Assembly (NCBI GenBank): GCA_018665965.1
Contig: JABJBF010000023.1
Coordinates: 64,001 to 77,692 of the forward strand
Direction: 5' to 3'
Length of the DNA: 13,692 nt
Origin: Candidatus Falkowbacteria bacterium
GTDB taxonomy: Bacteria > Patescibacteriota > Patescibacteriia > UBA11705 > JABHMO01
The notes beneath the pieces were generated by a model that saw only the letters and a program-made list of their open reading frames with translations, ran no database searches and was not told where the DNA came from. Position numbers and translations under genes: made by a program. Below, in pieces: positions 1 to 8,288 of the stretch (positions are counted from its first letter, which is position 1; each line of letters starts with the position of its first letter).

Positions 1-86
1 TGCTTTCATGTTTTTATGTTTTAATGGACAAAAAAACTCCCCAATAGATGCATTGAAGAGTTTTTCTTGACCGTTGCGGTCAGAAA

Positions 87-764
87 TTAGAAGGTTAGCG
101 CTACTGAGGCGAAGAACATATCTCCGCAGTCGCAGTCAGTACAGCGAGGTTGTGCGTTCACCGGCGTTGGCTGATTTGTGGAACTTTGCTTTGTACCGGA
201 TTCTTCCTGATGAAGGTATCCGGCCCAAACTCGAAGCCACTGCCAGGTGAAACTGGGTCCGAACCGATATCGGAAGTTGTCCAGCTTTTCCTGTTCCAGT
301 CCGAGCGAGATGAACATCCTGCGCTCGATCATAAAGTCAAGTGACTCGTAGGTTCTGAAGCCGACCGTGGGTTGGCTCTCGGCATTGTTGGCCTGGATGG
401 GAATGAAAAGATCCGCCTCCAACTTGAAACCTACAACCCGACTTACACGTTGATGCCAGCGACCGGTCAGAGCTACATTGTTGCTGCTCACGCCTGCGCC
501 CAACTGTTGACCAATCATCAGAACCAGTTTACTGTTCCGATCGACGTGGTACAACAGACCAAACATGGCATTCATCGTCTGGTAGTCAGTGATAAATGCA
601 TTGGCCTCGAACAGGACATCGAAGTTGTGAAACGCCCAGGACTCTATTGCACGGCTGAATCGCACGCGCATGTCAAAGTTTGACATATCCACATCTTTTG
701 CTTGCACGTTGCTGGCAAACATAATTATTCCTAAAATCACAAACAAATTGATGAACTTTCTCAT
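87..764 (-). CDS. Secreted hypothetical protein, 225 aa, with a cleavable N-terminal signal peptide and a GC-rich body. The C-terminus ...SVALTF resembles the terminal strand of an outer-membrane beta-barrel. Possibly DUF2490-like, but the family is unsure.
   Basis: The minus-strand ORF starts MRKFINLFVILGIIMFASNVQA-KD, a classic n-h-c signal peptide. A perfect AAGGAGG SD sits 5 nt upstream of the ATG (plus coordinates 765-779). A consensus promoter lies upstream. The body (about 100-640) is roughly 55-60% GC against about 33% for the rest of the window. The C-terminal residue is Phe, preceded by alternating hydrophobic residues. The + strand ORFs at 150-344 and 372-683 overlap antisense and are treated as artefacts. 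Confidence 0.6.
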   Translation of the reverse strand: MRKFINLFVILGIIMFASNVQAKDVDMSNFDMRVRFSRAIESWAFHNFDVLFEANAFITDYQTMNAMFGLLYHVDRNSKLVLMIGQQLGAGVSSNNVALTGRWHQRVSRVVGFKLEADLFIPIQANNAESQPTVGFRTYESLDFMIERRMFISLGLEQEKLDNFRYRFGPSFTWQWLRVWAGYLHQEESGTKQSSTNQPTPVNAQPRCTDCDCGDMFFASVALTF

Positions 765-811
765 GGTATCCTCCTTAAGGGAAAGTTATTTTTCAATCAT
801 CAAATCTTAGT

Positions 812-840
812 ATTATAGCATAGATTATATATTTTGTCAA
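812..840 (-). promoter_or_regulatory. Consensus sigma70 promoter on the minus strand, TTGACA-17nt-TATAAT, driving the 87-764 gene.
   Basis: Plus-strand tgtcaa at 835-840 is the reverse complement of TTGACA. The spacer 818-834 is 17 nt. Plus-strand attata at 812-817 is the reverse complement of TATAAT. That is about 45 nt upstream of the ATG at 764. Confidence 0.5.
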
Positions 841-879
841 TAGTCGTTAAGTAAATTTAGACAAAATTAGTCTACGTAA

Positions 880-1206
880 TTGAAATTTATGGCGGATTCA
901 CTACAAAAAATATTACTTTCTAGATTTAAGAAAAAACCACTGGCTAAACAAATAATGTCCGGTATGGTTGTTGAGTTTGCCAATGGTTTAATGCGTGAAT
1001 TTTGGGGAAAAAAGGGGCACGAGCTGGTTAGAGTTATTTCATTGAAGAGTCAGATCTTGAAAGTTGAGACTGCTAATTCAATTATTGCTCAGGAACTAAA
1101 TTTTAAGAAAAATTCAATAATTGAGGCTATCAACAAGAAATTTGGTGGTCAAATAGTAAAAAAGCTGAAAATTGTACAAACCTCTATTGAAAGACCAGTA
1201 TATTAA
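880..1206 (+). CDS. DUF721-family (DciA-like) small protein, 108 aa.
   Basis: The ORF translation has the recognisable DUF721 pattern ...AKQIMSGMVVEFANGLMREFWGKKGHELVRVISLKSQILKVETANSIIAQELNFKKNSIIEAINKKFGGQIVKKLKI. There is no clear SD. The start could alternatively be M4 at 889. Confidence 0.55.
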   Translation: MKFMADSLQKILLSRFKKKPLAKQIMSGMVVEFANGLMREFWGKKGHELVRVISLKSQILKVETANSIIAQELNFKKNSIIEAINKKFGGQIVKKLKIVQTSIERPVY

Positions 1207-1228
1207 TGCTAAAATTGATATAGGCAAT

Positions 1229-1612
1229 ATGACCATAACTAGGTATTCAATCATTTTATCAGTTTGCTGTGCTATCTGTTGGGCAGCCTGGATTTTGGTT
1301 TTAATTTTTATAAATCCATTTGAAGCTGGGATATTAGGTTTGTTTTTATTTTACATTAGTTTAGCTTTTTCCTTGGGATCTTTGCTGTCGTTGTTCGGTA
1401 TTTGGGTCAGAATTAAATTACTAAAAAAAGATGAAGTCCCGCAAAAGAGTATTAGCCTAGCTTCAAGGCAAGCAATATTATTTACTTTTATAATCATCAT
1501 GGCTTTGATTTTACAAAGTCAAAGATATTTGACCTGGTGGTTGATGTTGATTGTAATTTCTTTCACTACGGTTATTGAATTATTTTTCATTTCATATAAA
1601 AAACTCAATTAG
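1229..1612 (+). CDS. Small integral membrane protein of about 127 aa with 3-4 predicted TM helices. Function unknown.
   Basis: The ORF track gives 1172-1612, which would overlap the previous gene by 35 nt. The internal ATG at 1229 (MTITRYSIILSVCCAICWAAWILVLIF...) removes the overlap. The sequence has highly hydrophobic segments typical of TM helices. Confidence 0.45.
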   Translation: MTITRYSIILSVCCAICWAAWILVLIFINPFEAGILGLFLFYISLAFSLGSLLSLFGIWVRIKLLKKDEVPQKSISLASRQAILFTFIIIMALILQSQRYLTWWLMLIVISFTTVIELFFISYKKLN

Positions 1613-1656
1613 ATTACAGATTAATGATTTAAGATTAAAGATTTTGGTAATTGTTC

Positions 1657-1681
1657 ACTTGAATCTATCAACTTGAATCTA
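1657..1681 (+). repeat. Direct repeat ACTTGAATCTA x2, 3 nt apart, ending 9 nt before the proS ATG.
   Basis: cACTTGAATCTAtcaACTTGAATCTActaacattATG is read directly. It is a possible operator or leader element for the proS-mre operon. Confidence 0.4.
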
Positions 1682-1689
1682 CTAACATT

Positions 1690-2931
1690 ATGCGTCAATC
1701 AAAACTATTCACCAAAACAATTAAGGAATTACCAAAAGATGAAGTCAGTACCAATGCAAGCTTATTAATTAGAGCTGGTTTTGTAGATAAATTAATGGCC
1801 GGAGTTTATTCATATTTACCATTGGGATTGAGGGTTTTGGATAAAGTGAAAAAGATTGTTAGGGAAGAAATGGAGGTCATTGATGGTCAGGAAATATTAA
1901 TGCCGGCATTAACACCAAAGGAAATCTGGCAAAAAACTGGACGTTGGGAAAGTCCAGGTCCTGAGGTAATGTTTCAGCTTAAGGGTCGTAGTGAAAAGGA
2001 CTATGGTTTAGGCTGGACCCACGAAGAAGTGGTTACTCCATTGGTACAAAAGTTTGTTAAATCATATAAGGACTTGCCTGTGGCTGTTTATCAAATTCAG
2101 GATAAGTTCCGCAATGAACCTAGAGCTAAATCAGGAATATTGCGTGGTTTAGAATTTAGCATGAAAGATTTATACAGTTTTCATCTTAATGAGGAGGACA
2201 TGTGGCAATACTATGAAAAATCCAAAGGAGCATATTTGAATGTATTCAAACGTTGTGGTTTGAACGCTAAAATAGTGGAGGCTTCAGGTGGCGACTTTTC
2301 TAAATACTCACATGAGTTTCAGGTTTTTACTGATAGCGGAGAAGATACAGTTTTTTACTGCGATAAATGTGACTTTGCACAGAATGATGAAATTTGCGAA
2401 GTTAAAATTGGCGATAAATGTCCTAAATGTGGTGGTCAAATTTTAGAGGCCAAGGCCATTGAGGTTGGAAATATTTTTCCATTAAAAACCAAATACAGTA
2501 CTGCTTTTAATTTTAAATATACTGATAAAGATGGCAAGGAACAACCAGTGATCATGGGTTGTTATGGTATTGGGCCATCTAGGGTTATGGGGTCTGTAAT
2601 TGAGGTTCACCATGACGACAAAGGTATGATTTGGCCTGAGTCTATTGCTCCATTCAAGGTGCATTTGCTTTTCCTTGGAAAAGACGCTAAAATTAAGGCT
2701 GTTAGTGACAAACTCTATGATGAGTTGCAGCAGGCTGGAATTGAGGTTTTATATGATGATAGAGAGGAATCAGCTGGCGTGAAATTGAATGATAGCGATT
2801 TACTTGGTATGCCATATAGAATTGTGGTTAGTGAAAAAACCTTGGCCCAAGAAAGCATAGAATTCAAGCAACGAAATCAAGAAAAAATGGAATTGATTAA
2901 ACTTAATCAAATTGTTAAAAAGTTGACATAG
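1690..2931 (+). CDS. proS: Prolyl-tRNA synthetase, a minimal bacterial-type form of 413 aa with no INS editing domain.
   Basis: The N-terminus MRQSKLFTKTIKELP...LLIRAGF...GVYSYLPLGLRVLDKVKKIVREEM matches bacterial ProRS. Class II motif 2 is ...KFRNEPRAKSGILRGLEF. Motif 3 is GCYGIGPSR. Between motifs 2 and 3 there are only about 130 aa, containing CDKC...CPKC. Confidence 0.9.
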   Translation: MRQSKLFTKTIKELPKDEVSTNASLLIRAGFVDKLMAGVYSYLPLGLRVLDKVKKIVREEMEVIDGQEILMPALTPKEIWQKTGRWESPGPEVMFQLKGRSEKDYGLGWTHEEVVTPLVQKFVKSYKDLPVAVYQIQDKFRNEPRAKSGILRGLEFSMKDLYSFHLNEEDMWQYYEKSKGAYLNVFKRCGLNAKIVEASGGDFSKYSHEFQVFTDSGEDTVFYCDKCDFAQNDEICEVKIGDKCPKCGGQILEAKAIEVGNIFPLKTKYSTAFNFKYTDKDGKEQPVIMGCYGIGPSRVMGSVIEVHHDDKGMIWPESIAPFKVHLLFLGKDAKIKAVSDKLYDELQQAGIEVLYDDREESAGVKLNDSDLLGMPYRIVVSEKTLAQESIEFKQRNQEKMELIKLNQIVKKLT

Positions 2932-2950
2932 GAGGGCAGGGAGTTAGTTT

Positions 2951-4006
2951 ATGTTTAGAAAATTCTTAAATAGGTTTTCAAAAAAGATTGGGATTGATTT
3001 AGGCACAGCTAATACAATTTTGTGTTTGCAGGATAAAGGAATAATTATTCGTGAACCATCAATTGTAGCTGTGAATAATCGTTTGGATCAGATTATCGCA
3101 GTGGGCGAAGATGCTCGCAAGATGGTTGGCAAAAACCCAGCATATATTACTTTGGCATATCCCTTGGTTCGAGGGGTTATTTCTGATTTTGAAGTAACTG
3201 AAAAAATGCTAAAGTATTTTTTTGACAAAATTTTCCAAGAGAATCTTAATTTTACAGCTAGGCCTAGTGTGATTATTGGCATCCCTCTGGACGTTACCGA
3301 GGTAGAAAAAAAGGCTGTCGAAGATGCAGCTCTGGGTGCAGGAGCGGGAAAAGTTTTCTTGGTTGAAGAAATAATGGCCGCCGCTATTGGTGCACGTCTG
3401 CCGGTTCAGGATGCTTCGGGTAGTATGTTGATAAATATGGGTGGTGGTAAAACTGAGATTGCAGTTATCTCATTACACGGCGTAGTTATTTGGAAATCAT
3501 TAAAAATAGCTGGTGAAGATTTAAGTAAAAATATTATTCAATATGCTCGAGATCACTTTAATTTGTTAATTGGTGAAAAGATTGCTGAGCAAATAAAAAT
3601 AAAAGTTGGATCTTCTCATGAACAAGGAGAATCAATTTCTATCGAAATGAGAGGGCGGGATTTAATCACAGGTTTGCCAAGGGAGATTATGATCAACGAT
3701 TATCAGGTGAGGGAGGCATTGGCCTCAACGGTTAACCAGGTGGTGGATTCAATTAAAAGTGTTTTGGAAATAACTCCACCAGAATTAGTCGCTGATATTT
3801 ATGAAAGAGGAATTATTCTTTGTGGCGGTGGATCGTTGCTCCGCGGAATTGAAAAAACTATTAGTAAAGAAACTGAAATTCCAGTGAGAATAGCCGATGA
3901 TCCAACAACCTGCACAATTCGAGGTATTAATTTACTTTTGGATGATGAAAAATTATTGGAACAAGTTTTATTACCTTCAGCGAATGAGGAGAAAATGGTG
4001 AGGTAA
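2951..4006 (+). CDS. mreB: Rod-shape determining actin homolog MreB.
   Basis: 351 aa. It contains IGIDLGTANT...REPSIVAV...GGGKTEIAVISL...CGGGSLLRGI, the actin-fold phosphate and adenosine motifs typical of MreB. Confidence 0.92.
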   Translation: MFRKFLNRFSKKIGIDLGTANTILCLQDKGIIIREPSIVAVNNRLDQIIAVGEDARKMVGKNPAYITLAYPLVRGVISDFEVTEKMLKYFFDKIFQENLNFTARPSVIIGIPLDVTEVEKKAVEDAALGAGAGKVFLVEEIMAAAIGARLPVQDASGSMLINMGGGKTEIAVISLHGVVIWKSLKIAGEDLSKNIIQYARDHFNLLIGEKIAEQIKIKVGSSHEQGESISIEMRGRDLITGLPREIMINDYQVREALASTVNQVVDSIKSVLEITPPELVADIYERGIILCGGGSLLRGIEKTISKETEIPVRIADDPTTCTIRGINLLLDDEKLLEQVLLPSANEEKMVR

Positions 4007-4017
4007 TTTGATAAAAA

Positions 4018-4093
4018 CATTAAAGCATTAAAATATTAAAGCATTAAAGCAATTGCTATAGGTGTTCTAGTGTTCTCGTGTTCTGGTGTTTTC
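4018..4093 (+). repeat. Two adjacent short tandem arrays, 4x CATTAAAG-like 8-mers (4018-4049) and 4x GTGTTCTN 8-mers (4062-4093), in the mreB-mreC spacer.
   Basis: cattaaag cattaaaa tattaaag cattaaag ... gtgttcta gtgttctc gtgttctg gtgtttt(c)ATG. The second array overlaps the first ATG (4070) of the mreC ORF. Confidence 0.5.
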
Positions 4094-4915
4094 ATGGTAA
4101 TGTTAAATAGAAAATCAACAAAATTAATTATTGTTTCAGTGGTAATTGTTCTACTGCTGTTTTTTTTACATTACATAAAAGTTCTAAGACCAATTGAAAA
4201 TTTGGCTGTGTCAGCTACTAAACCAGTATTAAGATCAGTTTACCAAATCTCTTATTGGGTGGGGGATAATTATTTGAATTTTAGGTCTAAACAAGCTTTG
4301 GTCCAAGAGAATAAGGATTTGAAGGATCAATTAGCAATGCTGATTAACGAAAAAAGTAGATGTGTGTCTGAACAAGAAGAAAATCAATTTTTGCGTGAAC
4401 AAATGCAGTTTGTAGACAAAAATCAATATTTGTTTGAAATCGCTAGAGTGATTGGTCAAAGTGCCGACGGTTCACAAAATGCCTTGATCCTTGATGTTGG
4501 AAGTAAGGTCGGAATTGAGGTAGGGCAGCCTGTTTTAGCAGAACAAAATATGTTGATTGGCAAAATTATCAAAGTCAATAAAAATAGTTCTATTGTTTTG
4601 TTAATTAATGATGATTTGTCAAAGGTAGCTGCGAGGATCCAGAATAAATCACGAACAATAGGGGTGGTAGAGGGTGAGTTTGGCTTGGGAATAAAAATGC
4701 GTTTAATCCCACAGACTGAGATGATAAAAGAGGGCGATATAATAGTAACTTCAGGTTTAGAACAAAAAGTGCCGGGAAATATTGTAATTGGTCAGATCAA
4801 GAGTATTGTTAATGAGCCAGAAGAGTTGTTTCAGGAGGCCGCTTTGGCCTCCATGGTTGATTTCAATAAAATCAATATAGTAAATATTTTGAAATATAAT
4901 CAAGACGATGATTAA
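4070..4915 (+). CDS. mreC: Rod-shape determining protein MreC.
   Basis: N-terminal TM (KLIIVSVVIVLLLFFL), then a coiled-coil region (ENKDLKDQLAMLINEK), then beta domains (GDIIVTSGLEQKVPGNIVIGQIKSIV). The true start is probably ATG 4094 or 4100 (MVMLNRK...), with GGTG 6 nt upstream. The 4070 ATG lies inside the 8-mer repeat. Confidence 0.82.
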   Translation: MFSCSGVFMVMLNRKSTKLIIVSVVIVLLLFFLHYIKVLRPIENLAVSATKPVLRSVYQISYWVGDNYLNFRSKQALVQENKDLKDQLAMLINEKSRCVSEQEENQFLREQMQFVDKNQYLFEIARVIGQSADGSQNALILDVGSKVGIEVGQPVLAEQNMLIGKIIKVNKNSSIVLLINDDLSKVAARIQNKSRTIGVVEGEFGLGIKMRLIPQTEMIKEGDIIVTSGLEQKVPGNIVIGQIKSIVNEPEELFQEAALASMVDFNKINIVNILKYNQDDD

Positions 4916-5447
4916 GCTAATCAAACACACTTTTTTTATTTTATTATTGGCGGGTCTACAGCTAGGAATGGTAGCGCTCTTTCCTGCAAACTTAGGCAAG
5001 ATTAATGTTTTGATAGTAGTATTGATTTTTATTTCAATGGTGGGTCGGTTTTCAATTGGGACTACCTACGCATTTATACTAGGTGTAATTTTGGATTTAT
5101 ATTCTGCTTTGCCTTTTGGGGCTTTACTGGTTAGTTTATTATTAACAATGTATGTCGCCTACAAGATATTTGTACATTTTCTTACTAATAAATCTCTTTA
5201 TACGCTAGTTGGGCTGACTGTAATTTCCACGATTGTTTATAATGCTTTTCTCTACATGTACACGGCTGTCAATTACCTGATAAAGGTCAAGGACTATTCT
5301 TTGATTAATCATTTAACTGTAAATTCTATAAATGATTTACTCTGGCAAATTTTGTTTAATTTAGTTCTTTCTGTTTTGTTATTTGCAGTGTTTAACTTAT
5401 TTAGCCGAAGGTTTAAGGCTGTCTTTATAGATACTACCAAACAATAA
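4908..5447 (+). CDS. mreD: Rod-shape determining protein MreD, a polytopic membrane protein.
   Basis: The 179-aa protein is almost entirely hydrophobic, with about 5 TM segments. Its ATG overlaps the mreC stop (ATGAttaa). Position and size fit mreD. Confidence 0.72.
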   Translation: MIKLIKHTFFILLLAGLQLGMVALFPANLGKINVLIVVLIFISMVGRFSIGTTYAFILGVILDLYSALPFGALLVSLLLTMYVAYKIFVHFLTNKSLYTLVGLTVISTIVYNAFLYMYTAVNYLIKVKDYSLINHLTVNSINDLLWQILFNLVLSVLLFAVFNLFSRRFKAVFIDTTKQ

Positions 5448-5449
5448 AT

Positions 5450-7474
5450 ATGCGTTGGCGTTTATTTTTCAGAAAAAAGCACAATAAAAGTAACCTGCCT
5501 GAAGACGGTTTTTTGTTTTTGGGTGGAGGTTTAAATATAAATGATGAAAATTCCAAAAAAAGAAAAAGGACAGCTTGGGTTGAAGAGGCTTATATCGATT
5601 TTTCAGAAGATGAATTAGCGCGTACAGGCAAGAATTACTTGGGCTTAAGTTTGAGTAATAAAAAACTGGTTTGGTTTTTGATGTTTGTTCTTGCCTGTTT
5701 TTTTATTTTGTTTTTGCAGTCATTCTTTTTGCAGGTAGTACGTGGTGAGTATTATCACGGCCTAGCTGAGCAAAATCGCCTTAGAGTTATTAATTTGCCA
5801 GCTCCACGTGGAATAATTTATGATTTGAATGGTCAAGAGCTGGTAAAAAATGTGCCTAACTTTGCAGTCTACATAATCATGTATGATTTAAAATTGGAAA
5901 CGGATAAGAATCAGGAGGAAACGTTGACGTGGTTGAAACAAAATATTGAAGACCCTGATTATCAGGAAAAGTTAGAAAAAGTTTTGAAGACAAAAGCAAC
6001 TGTTAAAGAATACTTTGAGCCAGTGATGTTAATTGATGGCTTGACCTATGAAAAAGCTGTTACCATGCGTATACAGAGTACTAATCATCCCGGAGTGGAC
6101 ATTGAAGTTGCAGCTCGACGTCAATATTTGGACAAAAAAAACAATCAATCAGTAAGTAGTTTAGCACATATTTTGGGTTATCCTGGTAAGATTAATCCTG
6201 AAGAATTTTCAAAGTTATATTCACAGGGTTATTTGTTAAATGATTCCATCGGAAAAACTGGAATAGAAGGATCTTTTGAAAACCAACTTCGTGGACAATA
6301 TGGTCGAGAACAGATTGAAGTTGATTCCAGCGGAAAAGCTATAAAAATTATTGCTAGAGAAGAAATGGTTAAGGGTGATAATTTATTTTTAGCTATTGAT
6401 TTGACGATGCAAGCCAAATTACAAGAAATAATTGAAAAATATTTAGTAAAGTTAAAAACCAATAAAGCCGCTGCTGTCGTAATGAATCCTCAAACTGGAA
6501 AAATTTACAGCTTGCTTAGTCTTCCTGGTTTTAATAATAATTCATTTGCTGAGGGAATTAGTTCCAAAGAGTTTGCTTATTTGATTAACAATAAGGACAA
6601 CCCACTTTTTAATAGGGTAATTAGTGGTGAATACCCATCTGGGTCGACAATTAAACCGGTCGTGGCCGCAGGTGCATTGGAAGAAGGTGTCATAAATGAA
6701 AATACTTCCTTTTTGAGTGCCGGTGGAATTAGAATAGGCGAGTGGTTTTTCCCTGATTGGAAGGCTGGTGGTCATGGTATTACTAATGTTCGAAAAGCAC
6801 TGGCTGATTCGGTTAATACCTTTTTCTATATCATTGGTGGTGGTTATGGTGAGTTTGAGGGCATGGGCGTTCGGCAAATCAAGCAAGTTGCTGAAATGTT
6901 TGGCTTAAATAAATTAACAAATATAAGTTTGCCCAATGAAAAGCCAGGATTTTTACCAGATCCAGAGTGGAAAAGAAAAGCCAAAAGTGAGCAATGGTAT
7001 ATTGGTGACACCTATCATATGGCTATAGGTCAGGGTGATTTATTAGTTACACCATTACAAGTAGCAAATTTTACGGCAGTCTTTGCCAATGGTGGAAAAT
7101 TACTGAAACCAATATTGATTGACCGTTATTATGATCAGGTTGCAAAGAAAGAAGTTCAAATCGAAACAGAAATACTCAATGAACAGTTTGTGGCTGATAA
7201 AACTTTGCAAATAATTCGTCAGGGGTTAAGGCAGGCCGTAACGCAAGGAAGTGCTAAGATTTTAAATTCATTGCCGGTCACCGCCGCTGCTAAAACTGGA
7301 ACTGCTCAGTGGGCTACTGACAAAACTCCCCATTCTTGGTTTACTTCATTTGCTCCGTATAATGATGCAGAAATTGTGGTGACCATTTTGGTTGAAGAAG
7401 GTGGCGAAGGAAGTGCGATTGCAGCACCGATTGCTTATGAGTTTATGCATTGGTATTTTAACTATTATAAGTAA
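5450..7474 (+). CDS. mrdA: Penicillin-binding protein 2 (class B transpeptidase, elongasome PBP).
   Basis: SxxK is present in GSTIKP, SxN in DSVNT and KTG in KTGTAQ. The PBP2 N-terminal signature LQVVRGEYY follows the TM helix. The start is 2 nt after the mreD stop. The cytoplasmic N-terminus before the TM is unusually long, about 75 aa. Confidence 0.9.
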   Translation: MRWRLFFRKKHNKSNLPEDGFLFLGGGLNINDENSKKRKRTAWVEEAYIDFSEDELARTGKNYLGLSLSNKKLVWFLMFVLACFFILFLQSFFLQVVRGEYYHGLAEQNRLRVINLPAPRGIIYDLNGQELVKNVPNFAVYIIMYDLKLETDKNQEETLTWLKQNIEDPDYQEKLEKVLKTKATVKEYFEPVMLIDGLTYEKAVTMRIQSTNHPGVDIEVAARRQYLDKKNNQSVSSLAHILGYPGKINPEEFSKLYSQGYLLNDSIGKTGIEGSFENQLRGQYGREQIEVDSSGKAIKIIAREEMVKGDNLFLAIDLTMQAKLQEIIEKYLVKLKTNKAAAVVMNPQTGKIYSLLSLPGFNNNSFAEGISSKEFAYLINNKDNPLFNRVISGEYPSGSTIKPVVAAGALEEGVINENTSFLSAGGIRIGEWFFPDWKAGGHGITNVRKALADSVNTFFYIIGGGYGEFEGMGVRQIKQVAEMFGLNKLTNISLPNEKPGFLPDPEWKRKAKSEQWYIGDTYHMAIGQGDLLVTPLQVANFTAVFANGGKLLKPILIDRYYDQVAKKEVQIETEILNEQFVADKTLQIIRQGLRQAVTQGSAKILNSLPVTAAAKTGTAQWATDKTPHSWFTSFAPYNDAEIVVTILVEEGGEGSAIAAPIAYEFMHWYFNYYK

Positions 7475-7704
7475 AAAGTAACGAGTAAAAGGTAAAATGT
7501 AATTCTATTTACTCTTTACACTTTACTATTTACTATATTGTTGTATATTAACCAAAAATGAACTATAATTTAAATATAATCAAATTTTATTAAATCAGGT
7601 AATAAACGTATCTGTGTTTATTTTGAAAAAAGTGGAGTTGTGATTTTGCTGATAATTTGAACTCAAGTTATCTCCTTTGTCACCTTTATCCCATTTGTAT
7701 TATG

Positions 7705-8166
7705 TCAGACCACATTATTTTAACAGAAGAAGGTAAAGTCAAGCTAGAGAAAGAGTTAGAACAAATAAAAAAAGTAAGATTACCAGCAGTTATTGAAAAA
7801 ATCGAACAAGCTAAGGAAATGGGGGATTTATCAGAAAATGCCGAGTATCATGATGCTAAGGATGAGCAGGGTTTAATGATGGCACGTGCCAGTGAGATTG
7901 AAGGTTGTTTGAAAATAGCAATTATTTCTGAGCCTAACACTTCAACTGATGAGGTTGGGATGGGATCATGTTTTATAGCCGAGGACGCCACTGGCAATCG
8001 AAAAGAATACACCGTGGTGGGGTTTAACGAGGCTGATCCTGCAGTTGGTAGAATTTCCAATGAGTCGCCAATTGGGCAAGCTTTTATGAATAAGAAGCCA
8101 GGTGAGACCGTTGAATTTGAAGCACCACGAGGAACTATTGTTTTCAAAATTATTGAAATTAAGTAA
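7705..8166 (+). CDS. greA: Transcription elongation factor GreA.
   Basis: MSDHIILTEEGKVKLEKELEQIKKVRLPAVIEKIEQAKEMGDLSENAEYHDAKDEQG... matches the GreA N-terminal coiled coil and the C-terminal FKBP-like domain. The ORF-track start at 7657 adds 16 non-conserved residues, so 7705 is preferred. Confidence 0.86.
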   Translation, partial: SDHIILTEEGKVKLEKELEQIKKVRLPAVIEKIEQAKEMGDLSENAEYHDAKDEQGLMMARASEIEGCLKIAIISEPNTSTDEVGMGSCFIAEDATGNRKEYTVVGFNEADPAVGRISNESPIGQAFMNKKPGETVEFEAPRGTIVFKIIEIK

Positions 8167-8193
8167 TTACATAATACGTATCACATAACACAT

Positions 8194-8217
8194 AACAGCA
8201 GTTTAGTTGTTTTTTTG
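8194..8217 (+). terminator. Weak intrinsic terminator after greA.
   Basis: aacagc-agttta-gttgtt forms a 6-bp stem with one G-U pair, followed by TTTTTTT. Confidence 0.3.
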
Positions 8218-8233
8218 TTTGGATAAAAAATGG

Positions 8234-8262
8234 TTGACAAAAATTAAGGTTTATTATAAACT
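8234..8262 (+). promoter_or_regulatory. Candidate sigma70 promoter for the small-gene pair, TTGACA-15-TATAAA or TTGACA-17-TAAACT.
   Basis: ttgaca is at 8234-8239 and tataaa at 8255-8260. The ORF A start at 8289 follows. Confidence 0.4.
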
Positions 8263-8288
8263 CTTTTGAAGTGATATGGAGGTGAATA

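Noticed and set aside
150-683. + strand ORFs at 150-344 and 372-683 inside the GC-rich region
   Set aside because: They lie antisense to a minus-strand gene that has a signal peptide, perfect SD and promoter. High GC inflates spurious open frames. There are no RBS or start signals.
4018-4093. CRISPR array
   Set aside because: The tandem units are 8 nt (and 11 nt at 10815-10858), contiguous and without unique spacers. This is far from CRISPR geometry, and no cas genes are present.
1172-7704. Upstream ORF-track starts for the membrane protein (1172) and greA (7657)
   Set aside because: The 1172 start creates a gene overlap. The 7657 start adds non-conserved residues ahead of a canonical GreA N-terminus. 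The internal ATGs at 1229 and 7705 fit better.
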